A DNA stretch of 64,000 bases from Octopus bimaculoides. Its lineage: Eukaryota. Shown here piece by piece: positions 39,563 through 53,000 of the stretch. The notes under the pieces were generated by a model. It was given only the letters and a program-made list of their open reading frames with translations. It was not told where the DNA came from and ran no database searches. The stretch is taken from contig NC_068993.1 of NCBI RefSeq assembly GCF_001194135.2, positions 3,980,894 through 4,044,893 on the forward strand. The letters run 5' to 3'. Position 1 is the first letter of the stretch, and each line of letters starts with the position of its first letter. A program made the translations under genes and the position numbers.

Positions 39563-40368
39563 TTGTGTTTTCTTATATTTCAACGTTCATATCAAATTCT
39601 TTCATGAGTAAAACACGACAGAATGGCATCTTATCAAAGTGAAGTATGTCTTCATAACTTAGTTTCAATATCCCTGTTGGATTCTACCATATTGCTTAAC
39701 CTTCTTATAATGGCAGTATATGGAAAGAAAATATAAATTATACTATTATGATATTGAATTATCAATAATATTACGGATTTTTTTATCAATACAATGCATT
39801 TTTATGGAGTTGGATTTCAATGCATTTCTTTTTAGATAATACCTCTTGAATCTTTCTGCAGTTACTCCTGTTATGACATGTCTCTTCCCATGGATATGTA
39901 ATTTGTATTCCTTTCAGCTCGGACTGGATATAGAATTTCAATTTTTATATCATCTTCTGTCATCTAACATATGTAAGATACATTATGCAAGTAGAACTCA
40001 CTTATATTATTCTCCATTTATGTTATATTGTAAACATTATTCTATAAAGGTAGAATCTCTCTTCCTGCTGTAGCTGAGAACAATTGATGTTTTCACACAA
40101 TAAATGCAGTAGAAGATATATTACTTCAAAAATGTATTAACCGTTATTTTCTTCGTTCTGTATTCATTCTTCTTTCCATATTATATGACGAGTGCTTGAA
40201 ATATTTGTTGATTAAAACTGAAGCTGTAAAATATGGTTATTATTTTTTTTCTTTCCATGAATTAAGACTGTCAAATATTTTGAATAATATTCAGATATTT
40301 GCTTTTGTCAAATTCACAGATTATAGTTCTTCTATGTTGCTTTATATTATGATTTGCATTAAAAGCTT

Positions 40369-40561
40369 TCAGCATTTGGAAGAATGAAGAAATACTGGAA
40401 TGTCACCATAAAAAATAGCTTGTCCATAAAACAAGGGTTTAAAATTCTGAGGTTTATATTGCAGGAAAGAAAGTTTCTGTTTGAGTAGTGCAGATTTATA
40501 ATTCCTGGTTATACCAACAACATATAAACCATATGTACCAGCATTGTTGCCAAATGACACA
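40369..40561 (-). CDS. terminal exon of an unidentified gene (phase 2 start)
   Basis: catttctag acceptor at 40562-40570; frame VSFGNNAGTYGLYVVGITRNYKSALLKQKLSFLQYKPQNFKPLFYGQAIFYGDIPVFLHSSKC*; phase matches the 41572 donor. Confidence 0.55.
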
Positions 40562-41181
40562 CTAGAAATGGATGCTAAACCTTGTCATATCTATCTGCTT
40601 AAAAATATTTCAGTTCATTATAGACTCAGTTCTTAAATTCGTTGGTTTTTGCATGTGTATACATTCCAAACTCATACCATCTACTTCTCGTTCTTTTCTT
40701 TCTCTCACGTCTTGGTTTGTATTATTATTATTATTATTGTTATTCATCTCTCAATTCTTCTTGGAATGCTACTAAGTAGTAATGTCAAGAAAAAAATGTT
40801 TAATTTAGTTACCGCTTTACTATGTGCTATTCAAAGAATTATTTCTTCTAAAAGTAGACCACTCTGGTTTTTACTTCTATTGGTGCTTGTTTCTCCAACA
40901 TTCTAGTATAGAAGTTATTGGAAAGTTAAAAAGCTGCGCTCTATTCTGCACAATTCCTGGAACATATTCTATAACATTAGTATCAACAGTAAGTTTCGTG
41001 CGGATTCACAGAGATTCAGTGTAAAAATACAACTATGGAGTTAGATAAAGAATGATATAATAAAAGAAATTATTTTTGATAGTATATCAAAACACTAGAA
41101 TTTAGATTGATCAGTAACGAAATATTTTGGTGTAAATCTCAAACTCATTTCACCCTCGAACAACCTGCTATTGCAACATTA

Positions 41182-41228
<47 letters not shown>

Positions 41229-41235
41229 TTCTTCA

Positions 41236-41515
41236 TTTTCAGTTCAAATTTTACTGACGTCATCATTGCCTTTCAAATTCACGGAGTCGATAAAAATAAA
41301 GTACCGGTCATACTGGAGTCGAGTATTATTATTGTTGTTGTTGTTGTTATCATTTATTTTCATTTTGAGTTCAAATTCTGCCGAGGTTGTCATTGCCTTT
41401 CACATTCACGGGGTCAATAAAATAAAGTACCAGTCATACCGGAGTCGATGTAATCGACTACCAAACCCCCTCCTCCAAATTTCAGACCTTTTAGCTATAT
41501 TAGAAACAATTACTA
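41236..41515 (+). mobile_element. two tandem partial SINE family B copies
   Basis: TTCAAATT..ATTGCCTTTCA.ATTCACGG.GTC.ATAAAA(A)TAAAGTACC.GTCATAC.GGAGTCGA occurs at ~41240-41322 and ~41368-41450; only the second keeps the 3' tail. Confidence 0.8.
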
Positions 41516-41571
41516 TTCTTTTGTTTATGGCCTAATTACAAGGGAATTAGTGTGGGAATTAAACTAAATAC

Positions 41572-41674
41572 CATGTGACCTTAAGTTCCAAAAATGTCAT
41601 TAATTTTTGAAGCAGTTCTTCGTATGACCAAAGGATTTCTATTTCACGTTCCGGCCTATTGGAGTGTTGAAAGT
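41572..41674 (-). CDS. internal exon of the same gene (103 nt, phase 1 to 2)
   Basis: cttaatttcag acceptor, TG|gtattt donor; FQHSNRPEREIEILWSYEELLQKLMTFLELKVT. Confidence 0.55.
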
Positions 41675-42090
41675 CTGAAATTAAGAATGTTATCTCGGTT
41701 TAACATAACAATGGTATTCACGTGTAATGACAATTATTCTAGCAACACAGAAATGTCTAGTCTCAATACAGAAAGAAAACAAAAAAGCATTTCTGCATAC
41801 CAATATGCTCAAATATGTGTAAAACAGGAATTCTTTCTGTTTCATGTTTATTAAATGAAAGTAGATTTTGGTGTACCATTTTTTTTTTAACTTTTTATTT
41901 TTTACTCTGCCAGCAATCAGCAAATTAATGTTGCTCGGTTAATGTTTTCTTTATTCTTTTTCAAAGTGATACACACCAAAACTTTGCTTGTGATTAATGA
42001 TCTTGTCTAGCTTTGAACCAATTTATATTGAAAGTTAATATTTTATTATCTCCATTGTGTGGACGTGTGTCTACGAGCAAGTATCATTAC

Positions 42091-42291
42091 TGTGCATCGT
42101 TGTGTATACGAAAACGTTTTCTACTAATTTTTCTGTGTTTGGCATCACCGTTTTTATACATTTGTACCAGGGGTTGATGTCAGATGTCAGTTGCTTGAAA
42201 GATAAGGAAAGATTATTCAGCATGGAAATGAAGCTTAATATGATGTTGCATGCATTGGAAAATTTCCTGTAATATTTTGGCATGAGAGTAT
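42091..42291 (-). CDS. internal exon of the same gene (201 nt, phase 1 to 1)
   Basis: taattttccag acceptor, A|gtaatg donor; TLMPKYYRKFSNACNIILSFISMLNNLSLSFKQLTSDINPWYKCIKTVMPNTEKLVENVFVYTTMH. Confidence 0.5.
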
Positions 42292-43112
42292 CTGGAAAAT
42301 TAGTTATATTTTTATTAAATTACCAATTTAGCTATGTTCCAAATAAAAGTTGGATATTCTGGAAAATATTCATTGCTGGCCAAGAACTTCCTTCTCATTA
42401 AAAATAATGCAGAAAATGAAATGAAATTGGCATGGGAAATGAAATTGACTTTAGATGCCGTTTCGTCCTGATGATGTTATCCACAACGACATTTTCTCTG
42501 TCATCGGCATTAACATCCGATCAAATTTATATTTATCATTTACAAGGATATCAAGATACGAATTTAATTCTGGAAATTATTTTGTCGTTTTTTGGGGGTT
42601 TTATTAAAGTCTGGTCTATTTATTGCGCAAAATATATGCATCGTGAATTTGCAGTAATTTGTTGGCTGACGTCTGTGTATCTTATATGCTCTGTTAAAAT
42701 GTGGTAATGGACTTGGTGTTGGGCGCTAAGGGTGTAGACCGTGTGCTGCAAGTGGTATATAATGTTAATGACTGAAAATGGTGTGTTTAGTACGAGATTG
42801 GCTACTTTACTGAGTGTTGACACCATAGGTTTATGCATTATATTTGATGTAAAAAGAATTTACCGTGCTTTCTCTAATACATCAATATCATGATCTTTAT
42901 GGTTCTATGAGTTCTTGTACGACATCAACAGGTGCACTACTTCTTTTTCAAAGATGTGTGTGGTATCGTATCTTTTGGTCAAAATAGTGTTCCTTTACAA
43001 CAGCCCACACCTTTATTATTCCCTCGCTTCATATAGCATATCAGCTGCAAACTAAAATATAACTATTTTAAGCACAGTATGGCAAGGTTAAATAAAATAA
43101 TACAAGTCTTCT

Positions 43113-43299
43113 AAGGTGATGTGCTGATTGAATCGCTATCGGTGCTGGGGAAAATGTCTAGTGGCATCTCGTCACGCTCCGAGTTCAAAACCTGTCGAGG
43201 TTGACTTTGCCTTTCATCCTTTTAGGGTTGATAAATAAAGTACCAGTCGACTTCCCCTGAAATGCTGGTCTTGTGCCAAAATTTGAAATCAATTAACAT
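43113..43299 (+). mobile_element. SINE family B with 9-bp TSD
   Basis: Family B blocks; AAGTCTTCT at 43104-43112 and 43300-43308. Confidence 0.85.
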
Positions 43300-45160
43300 A
43301 AGTCTTCTCTTCTCATAAATATGAGAGAATATTTCAATATATAACATCTAGATTTCTGCTTTTTGCCAAACTGAATTAAGAAAAAGACTGCAATTAATTT
43401 GTAGATATAAACTTTGAACTGCTGTTACACCACCTTCACTAGCACTATGATGTTTTTACGAAAATAGTCATAAACGATGCCCCCATTAATCAATGTCAGA
43501 ATGAATAAAAGGGAGCAAGAAATCGGTCAGCAAGGAAGTCCGAGTGAAAAGAGAAGGAAGTGGAGGAGAGAGAAATGTTCTGAAGAGAGAGAGAAAAAAT
43601 ATTAGAATGTGTTTATTATTGGTGAACGGTAATAAAATCGAAAGAAAAAGCCACAGTAAAATAGGTTACAATTTTAGCTTTGAAACAGTCACAAGCAAAA
43701 TGTCATCTTCTATTTAAATACCATAAGTAATAGTTAAGGAAATGAAAAGAAATAATATTTGAAGTCTTTTATTAATGGACACAATCTGACTTGTACACAA
43801 TGACAACATTACTTAAACGTGAGTAAATAAAGAAATAATCATATTTATTTAATATTGCACTTGATATTAAAGAAGTACATTTGTGACTGTTCGTAATGTT
43901 TTTTTTACCTAAATTTTATATAAACGAATAAACGATGTTCTTATGTTCTTAAATAATAAACGTTGTCACTAATGTGATATGAATATATGTGTATGTATGT
44001 ACGTATATATGTACGTGTATGTATGTATGTATGCATGTTTGTATATATATATATAAATATATATATATATANNNNNNNNNNNNNNNNNNNNNNNNNNNNN
44101 NNNNNNNNNNNNNNNNNNNNNNNNNNNNNNNNNNNNNNNNNNNNNNNNNNNNNNNNNNNNNNNNNNNNNNNNNNNNNNNNNNNNNNNNNNNNNNNNNNNN
44201 NNNNNNNNNNNNNNNNNNNNNNNNNNNNNNNNNNNNNNNNNNNNNNNNNNNNNNNNNNNNNNNNNNNNNNNNNNNNTTTTTGTTATATTTCTGCTGCTTT
44301 TAAATAAAGCATATTACTCTACCTCTGGTATTTGAGTACTCTTTTTTCCACATTGTTGCACATTTCATGTGCTTACTCCGGTATATATATATATATGTGT
44401 GTGTATGGTGGGGGCTGTATGTATATCTATCCTGAGCACGGCATCAAAGTGCATCCAGTGGTGAAGGTCCATTTCGAGAACTCTGGAATTGTGGGGACAC
44501 CTGGGGTGGTCTCTTAAGTCCCATTACTCTAAATTCCTTTCTGATTCGGAACGGTAATACTTGCCCAGGTTCCGTCTATGGGTTGAATAGATGTCCAAAA
44601 GGTACAAGAGGCTCCCTTTCTTCTTGACGAAGGCGCACGGAAGGCATCTTGTCTATGTGAAAGATATTGTACCAATTCTGTTGGCTTTGAAGCGAAATTT
44701 CTCGTCGAAATTAAAGTTGTTACTGACTTTTTCGATAGCGTATACTTTCCAAATCAATTTTTGCTAGTAATATCTCAATCATTCTAACGTAGCACTTAAT
44801 ATTATCTAACTGTTCTGTCGTACGATTTTTCATCAATGTATTTCGATGCTTTTTTAAATTTCTTTGATTATTTTTTCTTTTTATTTTTGTCCGTTCGTTG
44901 ACTCTCATCTAAGTTCGTGTACAGTGTTCGTCCGCAGCAGGGAATACACTGCATATAATGAAGAGAGTAAAAAGTACACAGAATAGCCTAATAGGCTCAG
45001 AATCCTTATGAGTCAAAACAGTGACATACGTAATGTCAAATACGTGCAAATATAATATTCTGTAGCCTTTATAAAATACATCTCCTTGTGGTCTTTATAA
45101 GTATTACATATGTGTTTGTGTGTTGTGTAGGATGTCTGTGTGTGCATGTATATGTGTATA

Positions 45161-45165
<5 letters not shown>

Positions 45166-45208
<43 letters not shown>

Positions 45209-45236
45209 GAGAGAGAGAGACAGAGACAGAGACAGG
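45166..45236. repeat. (AG)n microsatellite
   Basis: Directly visible. Confidence 0.95.
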
Positions 45237-45548
45237 AGGGGATAACAGAGAAAACGGAAGAGTAATCAAGATAATACGTAACAAACTACAGCTTCTAAGA
45301 AAGAGAACACTGAAAACATTTCTACATTACACGTTGATATAATAAATGGAGAGCAGAAAATGCCTCCCAGAAAAAATTGGTTTAATTCATAGCTGGGAAT
45401 CTTCAGATCTACCATGGAGATTTTACGCTCGCAATATAACCTCTTTGTAATAGAACATATTGAAAAATTCAGCTCCTACGAGAGAGAATGTTTTTTTTAT
45501 ATATATTTTTATAATATTTCGATAGGTAGATACATCCATAAAAATATA

Positions 45549-46195
45549 CGTGGTCTGATTAATAAATATCCGGAGTGTTGCTATAGTAACGAGGCTAAAG
45601 CATGTAAAGTAAAGCTGCTTGGTACAGATTGACCTTGAACTCTACTGTGCATGCGCACTAAGTTTTAACGTTCTAGCTTACTTCTGCTGTTTACAAAAGT
45701 GCTTGGAAGGAATGTGTGTAGCGTCGTATTGACCATGACAGAATGTTGAGTAGAGAATCTGAATCAAATTTTGTCAAAAGCTTGCCGATAACTCCTCAGA
45801 TGCCCACAAAATTTGCAGAAAGTGTATGGAGAGGAATGTATGATCCGAAAAAATGTCGATATTGCCGAACATTCTGGGAAATCCGTAACCAGCAGAACTG
45901 AGAAAAACATCACAGATGTGCGTGCAGCTGTGAGTGAAAATCGTCGAACCACCATCCATGAGTTATCAGCGGATGTGCAGATTAGTTACGATTCACTTCA
46001 GTCCGAAGTGTGTCTGCCAAGTTTGTGCCCAAATTGCTTTCAGCTGACCAAAAGGATACTTGGGTTTCAATTGCACAAAATCTTGATTGTCTCGAAAACG
46101 ATGAAAACCTTTTGAAAACGGTCATAACGAGCGATGAACCGTGACTCAGTCTTCATAGTGGAAGACGCCAACCTCTCCGAGATACAGGAAAGGAA
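45549..46195 (+). mobile_element. mariner transposon, 5' half, pseudogenised
   Basis: TA followed by a TIR-like CGTGGTCTGATTAATAAATATCCGG; QKVYGEECM, TSRTEKNITDVRAAVSENRRTTIHELS (HTH), VSAKFVPKLLSADQK, KTVITSDE and WKTPTSPR motifs with stops, frameshifts and deletions. Confidence 0.85.
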
Positions 46196-46207
46196 ACAGA
46201 AAACAGT

Positions 46208-46238
46208 AAGTGTATAGTGACTTTTGGGACACCCTGTA
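46208..46238 (-). mobile_element. isolated Tc1-type terminal inverted repeat
   Basis: Reverse complement TACAGGGTGTCCCAAAAGTCACTATACACT: a CAGGGTG-type TIR preceded by TA. Confidence 0.5.
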
Positions 46239-47454
46239 TATATTCCTTTCATGGTCCCTCGCTTTGTTACGCAGAGAAGACTAACTTCCTTCTAATCTCA
46301 CTACAATCCTAAATCCAACACAAGATTATATTGATTTGATGAGGGGAAATGTGTACGATAGTGGAACGTAAAATTTGAGTCTGAAGTAATATAGAGATAC
46401 TTCAATAACAGCAAAAGCTTATATCAGTGTTAATATAGTTAATGCATTGAAAACATCTTATCAGGCATAAATATGCAAAACATATTCCATTAATTGATGC
46501 CACGAGTTATTTTTCTTTACGAACAAATTAGAAGATATTTTTGAATATGTTTCGACATTATCGTGATCTCATCAACAACCAATACCATTTATATTATTCG
46601 CAGATATGGATTTAATGTTGCCCTGTAAATTTACCGTCATACTGATATTCCACGGAAAAATAGAATTGTTAGAATATCAGATAATTCAAATGGCATGAAT
46701 CAACGTATAAGTGTTTTCACGTACAAAATGCGTAGAACGCATCACACAACATGAGAAAATTAATAACAATATAAATCCTTGATTATGATTTGTTTCTTTT
46801 CTGAAGTGCATATTTATATCTAGCAAATGTTTAACATTCCATGCCTTTAATATACAAACACTAACTTATGTATTAATTCTCAGTTTTACTTTGTTTATGT
46901 CGTAAAATAGCTTTAGGAATGTCATGAAAACAGAACAGTTATATACATTTTTCACACTCAAATTAATTTCATTTATTATCAAATTATTGATACCACCAGT
47001 CATGAATGCTTAAACAATCAATTATATTTAGCTCAATATAGATACGTAGAGATAAATATTTATAATTCTAAATTAGAAATGTTACAAAAAGAGCCTCTAA
47101 CTGAGATTTAGCTCGTGCAATTATGTTAAGACAAAGAATTTATCATTCGAACAAGAAATGTATTTTTATTAAATTATTAGATGGATTAGAATTCAGAGTA
47201 CACTGTGCGAACATGTTTTGGGTAGCTTCTTTCAATTATTACTTAGCCATATGTCATGTGGAGCGCACAAGGATCTCAGTGACAAATCGTCTCCATATTC
47301 CTCTCAACTGACTTAGCTTCTTACTTCTTTTTCTGGTTTTGCGGAAAACTGTCATATGACTATTCAAAGCGAATGAAATCCCTTTCATTTTCACAATAAC
47401 ATAAGGCTACCATAGAACGCTTGCAAAATTCATATTTTTGTTCCAGATAAATAG

Positions 47455-47496
47455 CAATATCCTCAATATCCTCAATATCCTCAATATCCTCAATAT
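47455..47496. repeat. 9-bp tandem repeat (CAATATCCT) x4.7
   Basis: Directly visible; reads IEDIEDIED on the minus strand. Confidence 0.9.
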
Positions 47497-47640
47497 GTAG
47501 AATTTGAAAAATGCCAAAAGATAATCGTGTCTGTAGGATTGCATATGCACATGTGGGTATACATCCATACATCCGTATGAAAATAAATTTATATATATAT
47601 ACAAATATACATGTATATATATATATATATATTAATTTAT

Positions 47641-47679
<39 letters not shown>

Positions 47680-49482
47680 TGTGTGTGTGTATCTGTCTGT
47701 GTATATATATAAATGTACGTTTTTAACACGTGTTTTTGCTTTATAATATTTGATAATGTTTCCTGATTAATTACAATATTTGAGCGCAAGAAACAGAGAC
47801 AAGGACAGAGAGAAAGACGATGAAAGAGGTAACGAGATAATGAAAATAATAGAAATAGTAGGGAGACAGACAGTTAAAGGGTTAAGAGCAGGTCAGTGAA
47901 TTGCTATTAAGTTTTTTCAAAAAAAAAAAAACAATGTAAAAGTCTAAAATTGCAGTTGAGATTGTTATGTGAATTAAATGCTAAAAATTTAATCATTTTG
48001 CAGGAGAGGAAGGAGACGCGGTCAAAAGTTCAGCAAAGAATATTTTTTAATGACCACTTCAGCACCTATGGCCAGGAGACCATTACGATCAATGCTATAC
48101 AGCCACATATACTCTAAAGCAACATCGCTAAGACAGCATAAGAGAAACTTACACACAACAAGAAACAACAGCAAAAATGGTTGGTGTAAAAATTAATGAC
48201 CTGAAACTGCTTATGAAATGAAACAATATTTAATGTTTGGTTCTGTAAGATGTACAGCGGACACAGGCTCGCTGATCTGCTCAGACAAACGCATATAGTC
48301 ATTATAAATACATACACATACTGATATACATTCGCACATATACATATATACATGTATACATATATAATGTGAATTAGCGTACATATGTATATGTATATAT
48401 AAATATATGTAAATACATATGTGTGTGTGTTTATGTATCTATGAATGCATGCACATGATGAATTACTGAAAGCCGAGCATTCACATTTGTGGTTATGGAT
48501 TTTAAGTTTTAATGCTCATTCATATTTATTGTATGTTTTGATCGTATCCATTATGTTTATTTATTTGAGAGTAGCGGTCTTATTTTTGGCATACAAGGAA
48601 TACAGTTGGAATGTTTCAATTGGCTTATGATTGGTTAGCGTTTCACTGTTTCGTTATATCATTCGCATGTGCCATACGTCAGCTTTGTGTGATCTTGTTT
48701 CTGACAATAAATCTCTCTACATTTGCTAATGTGCCTACAGTGATGTTTCTCGTTACATTCGTTTTACTGTATTACAGAAACAATTCTTTTATAATACTTC
48801 TTTGTGATGTGTACAGTATTACTGTGGATGTCTTCAATTTAGTGTGCATTAGTGTAGCATCAGCTTTTAATTTTCTTTTCATTTTTAATTTGTGAAGCTA
48901 ACAGTAAAGTCTTTCTAGTCAGAGTGAAAACTTCGAGATGGTGAAATAAAAAAAAAAGTATAATGATCTTGTGTCAGGGAATATGCCTCACTTTCTTAAT
49001 ATTGGTATTTTGCCGGCAAATGTGTGTAATCTGGTATATTTTATTCGATAACTTTTTTAATTCTCCAGTTAACGGATTCGAGCAGTCCACTGGCATTTTG
49101 TAAATTATACGTTTACAACAACGAAGTGTTAAATGAATCTGGAGAATTTGAAGTTTGATATATGAAGTAATGGGGGGGGGTGTAAAATATGTGTTATAGA
49201 ATCTGTGTCGGATTCAATATATTTGTTACATTTTACAAATAAAGAAATATGGTTGTTGTAGCAAAAAATGACAGGTATTGAGAACCGTGTTTAACTGTTA
49301 AATGTTACATGCTTCACAATACAAAAATGTCTATAGACTCTGTTACATGTCAAAATTGACCTTTCTGTAAGAACTCGATACCGACAGAGAAATATCATTA
49401 TTCTGACATACATACATATACACATATACACACACGTGTGTATATATATATATATATATATATATNNNNNNNNNNNNNNNNN

Positions 49483-49522
<40 letters not shown>

Positions 49523-49568
49523 TTAGTAAACAGATAGGTAGTTAGGTTGATAGATCGATTGGTCGATC

Positions 49569-49606
<38 letters not shown>

Positions 49607-49640
49607 CGATTATCTATATCTATATAGATAATATCTATAT

Positions 49641-49775
49641 ACTTCGGGGTGCTGAAGAGTTCCCGGTTTTCAGTGAAAGGAAATACAAAAGGATCAGTTA
49701 ATTATGATTTTCTTCAACATATTCCCCTCTGAGATTCATGCGCATCAGTTTTTCTCGGCCCTGTAAAGGAACAAC
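49641..49775 (-). mobile_element. mariner-family terminal fragment
   Basis: GGGGTGCTGAAGAGTTCCCGG terminal block followed by TTCTTCAACATATTCCCCTCT, resembling mariner 3' ends; recognised from memory only. Confidence 0.4.
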
Positions 49776-50552
49776 GAAGGTATACATACATACATATACA
49801 TACAAACACATACACAGATATGTGTGTGTTTGTGTGTGTATGTATTTCTTTTCTGTTTGTAAGTTATTGGAGTGTATGCTTTCCGTTAAAATGTATATAT
49901 GCGACAACCATGAACTAAAGCAACTTATTTTTACTTATACAGACTCAAAATCCTGTATCATATTCGTTTTCCTTGTTGCACTCCCGATCTAGTAGACATA
50001 TAGCTATATGCTTACTAGTCATCACCATCTCGGTCCTTACGTCACATAAGAAGCTTTATTCTTTAACAGGGAAGAAAGCTTATTCGTTGCAAGACTACAT
50101 GTCCTTCAGTTGACTGGAAAGACCTCTTCGTCAATATGTCTAGTGGAAAACAATAACAAGAATAAAAGTATAACAGCAACATCACCATCAGGAGCAAAAT
50201 TATTTAGAAAATAATATGGATACTGTCTTTGTTACAAAAATGGGAGGCGACATTTTGATGCCACCGCGGGTTTTAACGGCAATAATGTGTGTGTAATGAT
50301 GTTCGACTCAACGGTTATAAATTTCACTAGTCGTTCAACGCACATATAATAAAAGTAAGTTATAGATGCAAGAGAGACTTGTTTATGTTATAAATATCAC
50401 AGTGCGAAAATCTTCTTATCAACTGTAAAATGTATGCGGTGGAGTGGAAGCACTATAATATGGCTTTGCTGCTTAAAATGTATGTTTCTGAAATAAAACA
50501 GAATTATATCAGGACAATATCTGCAGCAACAATATATGAACAAGAGTGATGT

Positions 50553-50860
50553 CGGTGGCTTTGTAGTTAGATCATTGGGATCAAGACTTTTCAATTGTGA
50601 GTTCGAATTTCTGGTGTGTCCTTGAGCAAGACACTTTATTTCACGTTGCTCTAGTTCACTCAGCTGGCAAAAATGAGTTGTGCCTTCATATCAATGGTTC
50701 AACCACGACACATTCTGTGACACGTTGAATCTCCCTGGAACTTTCTTTCAGAGCACAAGTGTCTGTGGAGTGGTCAGCTACTTGAACGTTAATTTAAGAA
50801 GCAGGCTGCACCGTTGATTGGCTCAAATGGAACCCTTGTCGTTGCAACCAATGCAGTGTC
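50553..50860 (+). mobile_element. SINE family C, near full length, diverged
   Basis: Centre matches 1007-1060; tail (GTGTCTGTGGAGTGGTCAGCTACTTGAACGTTAATTT..GCAGGCTG..GGAACCCTTGTCGTTGCAACC) matches the reverse complement of 38295-38450. Confidence 0.85.
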
Positions 50861-51657
50861 AGTTTTACGTACAACCGCTTCACGTTGTGCACAGTTTACA
50901 TATAACTCCTTCAAGTGTTGACAGCACAACAGTATGTTTTGTAAGCTTCACCTGAAATGCACCTTATCATTTTCAGTTCATATCTGGAAATCGGAAAAGA
51001 CTAAAGTAATAGCCAACATTTAATGGGCTGTGTAAGATAAAGTAGGGACATTTCAGAACTGATCAAAATGCAGCGCTCTGTCAGTGAAACGCAATACCAC
51101 CAACCAGTTTCCCGGAATTATTATATTAAACAACGCGATATGATTTCCATTCACCGTCACATAATAACTGTTTTTCTTGAGAACTTCAGTAAGGATGACT
51201 TTCAGTGATGCAAAACAAACACCAAGCATTTACATCACCAAAATGGCTTAGAATCCTTCTATTGTTATTATAATCACTGGCTGGTATGTTCGACAAATGA
51301 CCGACCGAACGAACGACGCCAACATTCATGTTATGCCGCCTTTTTTTATTTTCTTCTTCAAATAAATTGACATTTATGAGACTGTACATACTCCCAACAT
51401 CAATTGTTATGAAACACTTTGTCCATTTGTATGAGAAAATAAACAATATCTATACAGATTTATGTGGGTGTTATAGTGTAGGATATTATTGCTCCTATAT
51501 TCAATATATAAGCGTGGGCAATAACATGTTATATTCTGTAGAATGAAATGTTGATATACAATATATATCATTGGTGCACCTAATCACACAGAAATTACAC
51601 AGACTTACACGGACAAAGGTATATGTATATAAATCTATATGCTTACTTTTTACGTAG

Positions 51658-51696
<39 letters not shown>

Positions 51697-52166
51697 TATT
51701 TATATAAGTGCATATAATTTTATATACGCGTATATATATATATATATATATATACGTATATAGGTATGGTACGTATATACATTTGATGAAATGTATATTG
51801 TCTGAAACAAAATAGTTTTTGGTTTTTTAAAGTATAATCTTGANNNNNNNNNNNNNNNNNNNNNNNNNNNNNNNNNNNNNNNNNNNNNNNNNNNNNNNNN
51901 NNNNNNNNNNNNNNNNNNNNNNNNNNNNNNNNNNNNNNNNNNNNNNNNNNNNNNNNNNNNNNNNNNNNNNNNNNNNNNNNNNNNNNNNNNNNNNNNNNNN
52001 NNNNNNNNNNNNNNNNNNNNNNNNNNNNNNNNNNNNNNNNNNNNNNNNNNNNNNNNNNNNNNNNCTCTCTATGGACATCTTCATAAAATATATTTCTTCC
52101 TCTAGTTTTCATCTCTTCTCACAAACTGCAGAATATTAGCTAATCAGACGGACTTATTGATTTTCA

Positions 52167-52261
<95 letters not shown>

Positions 52262-52263
52262 TT

Positions 52264-52316
<53 letters not shown>

Positions 52317-52385
52317 TGTCATCATCTTGATCATCATTGTCATTTCCATCGTCATCATCATCATCATCATTATTATTAGTACTAT
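52167..52385. repeat. compound (ATT)n-(AGT)n-(CAT)n microsatellite
   Basis: Directly visible. Confidence 0.95.
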
Positions 52386-52936
52386 TATTGTTTTCAAAAT
52401 CTTTTATATTGTAACATAGTCTTTCTATAATTGTAATTTTTTTCACTTCATTTTTCATGTAGTTGTAGATTTGTTTTTGCTTTTTTTTACTTTTATTATT
52501 CTTCATAAATTTCACTGCTTTCACGTAGACCTCCATCATTATTTTCCAAAATTCTACTATTGCTTTCTCTGTAAATATATAAAATTTAGTCACCAAATCT
52601 CTTCTTTTTCCATTAGCTACCAACATCTCTCACAAATTTCTTTCACTCTGCATACTTCTCTTTCTATATCTTTACACTTATTTGTGTCTATCGATCTCTT
52701 CATTTATCTGTGCACTTCACAAACATACCAAACAGACCCGTAAACACAAAGACACATATATGTTGAATTGACGTGATCTGTATACAGTTCATATGATTCT
52801 TGATGACATTATTGCAGTACTCCAGTTGTTCGAAAGAATTAGTCATAAATTTCCTTGAACATTTTACTAATGGAACCAATATATTATGTAAATATGCAAT
52901 GTATGTCTATTATATATACATGTAAGTAAATATTTG

Positions 52937-53000
<64 letters not shown>

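Noticed and set aside
40880-40975. Minus frame EYVPGIVQNRAQLFNFPITSILECWRNKHQ* between the predicted exons
   Set aside because: It needs a phase 1 junction while the upstream donor is phase 2; it can be neither placed nor supported.
42380-43050. Further protein-like fragments upstream of 42291, and plus-strand ORFs 42057-42272 and 42432-42707
   Set aside because: No phase-consistent exon chain found; the plus ORFs lack splice or homology support.
44420-44720. GC-richer block with several partly open frames
   Set aside because: Probably an old transposon fragment, but no motif I can name.
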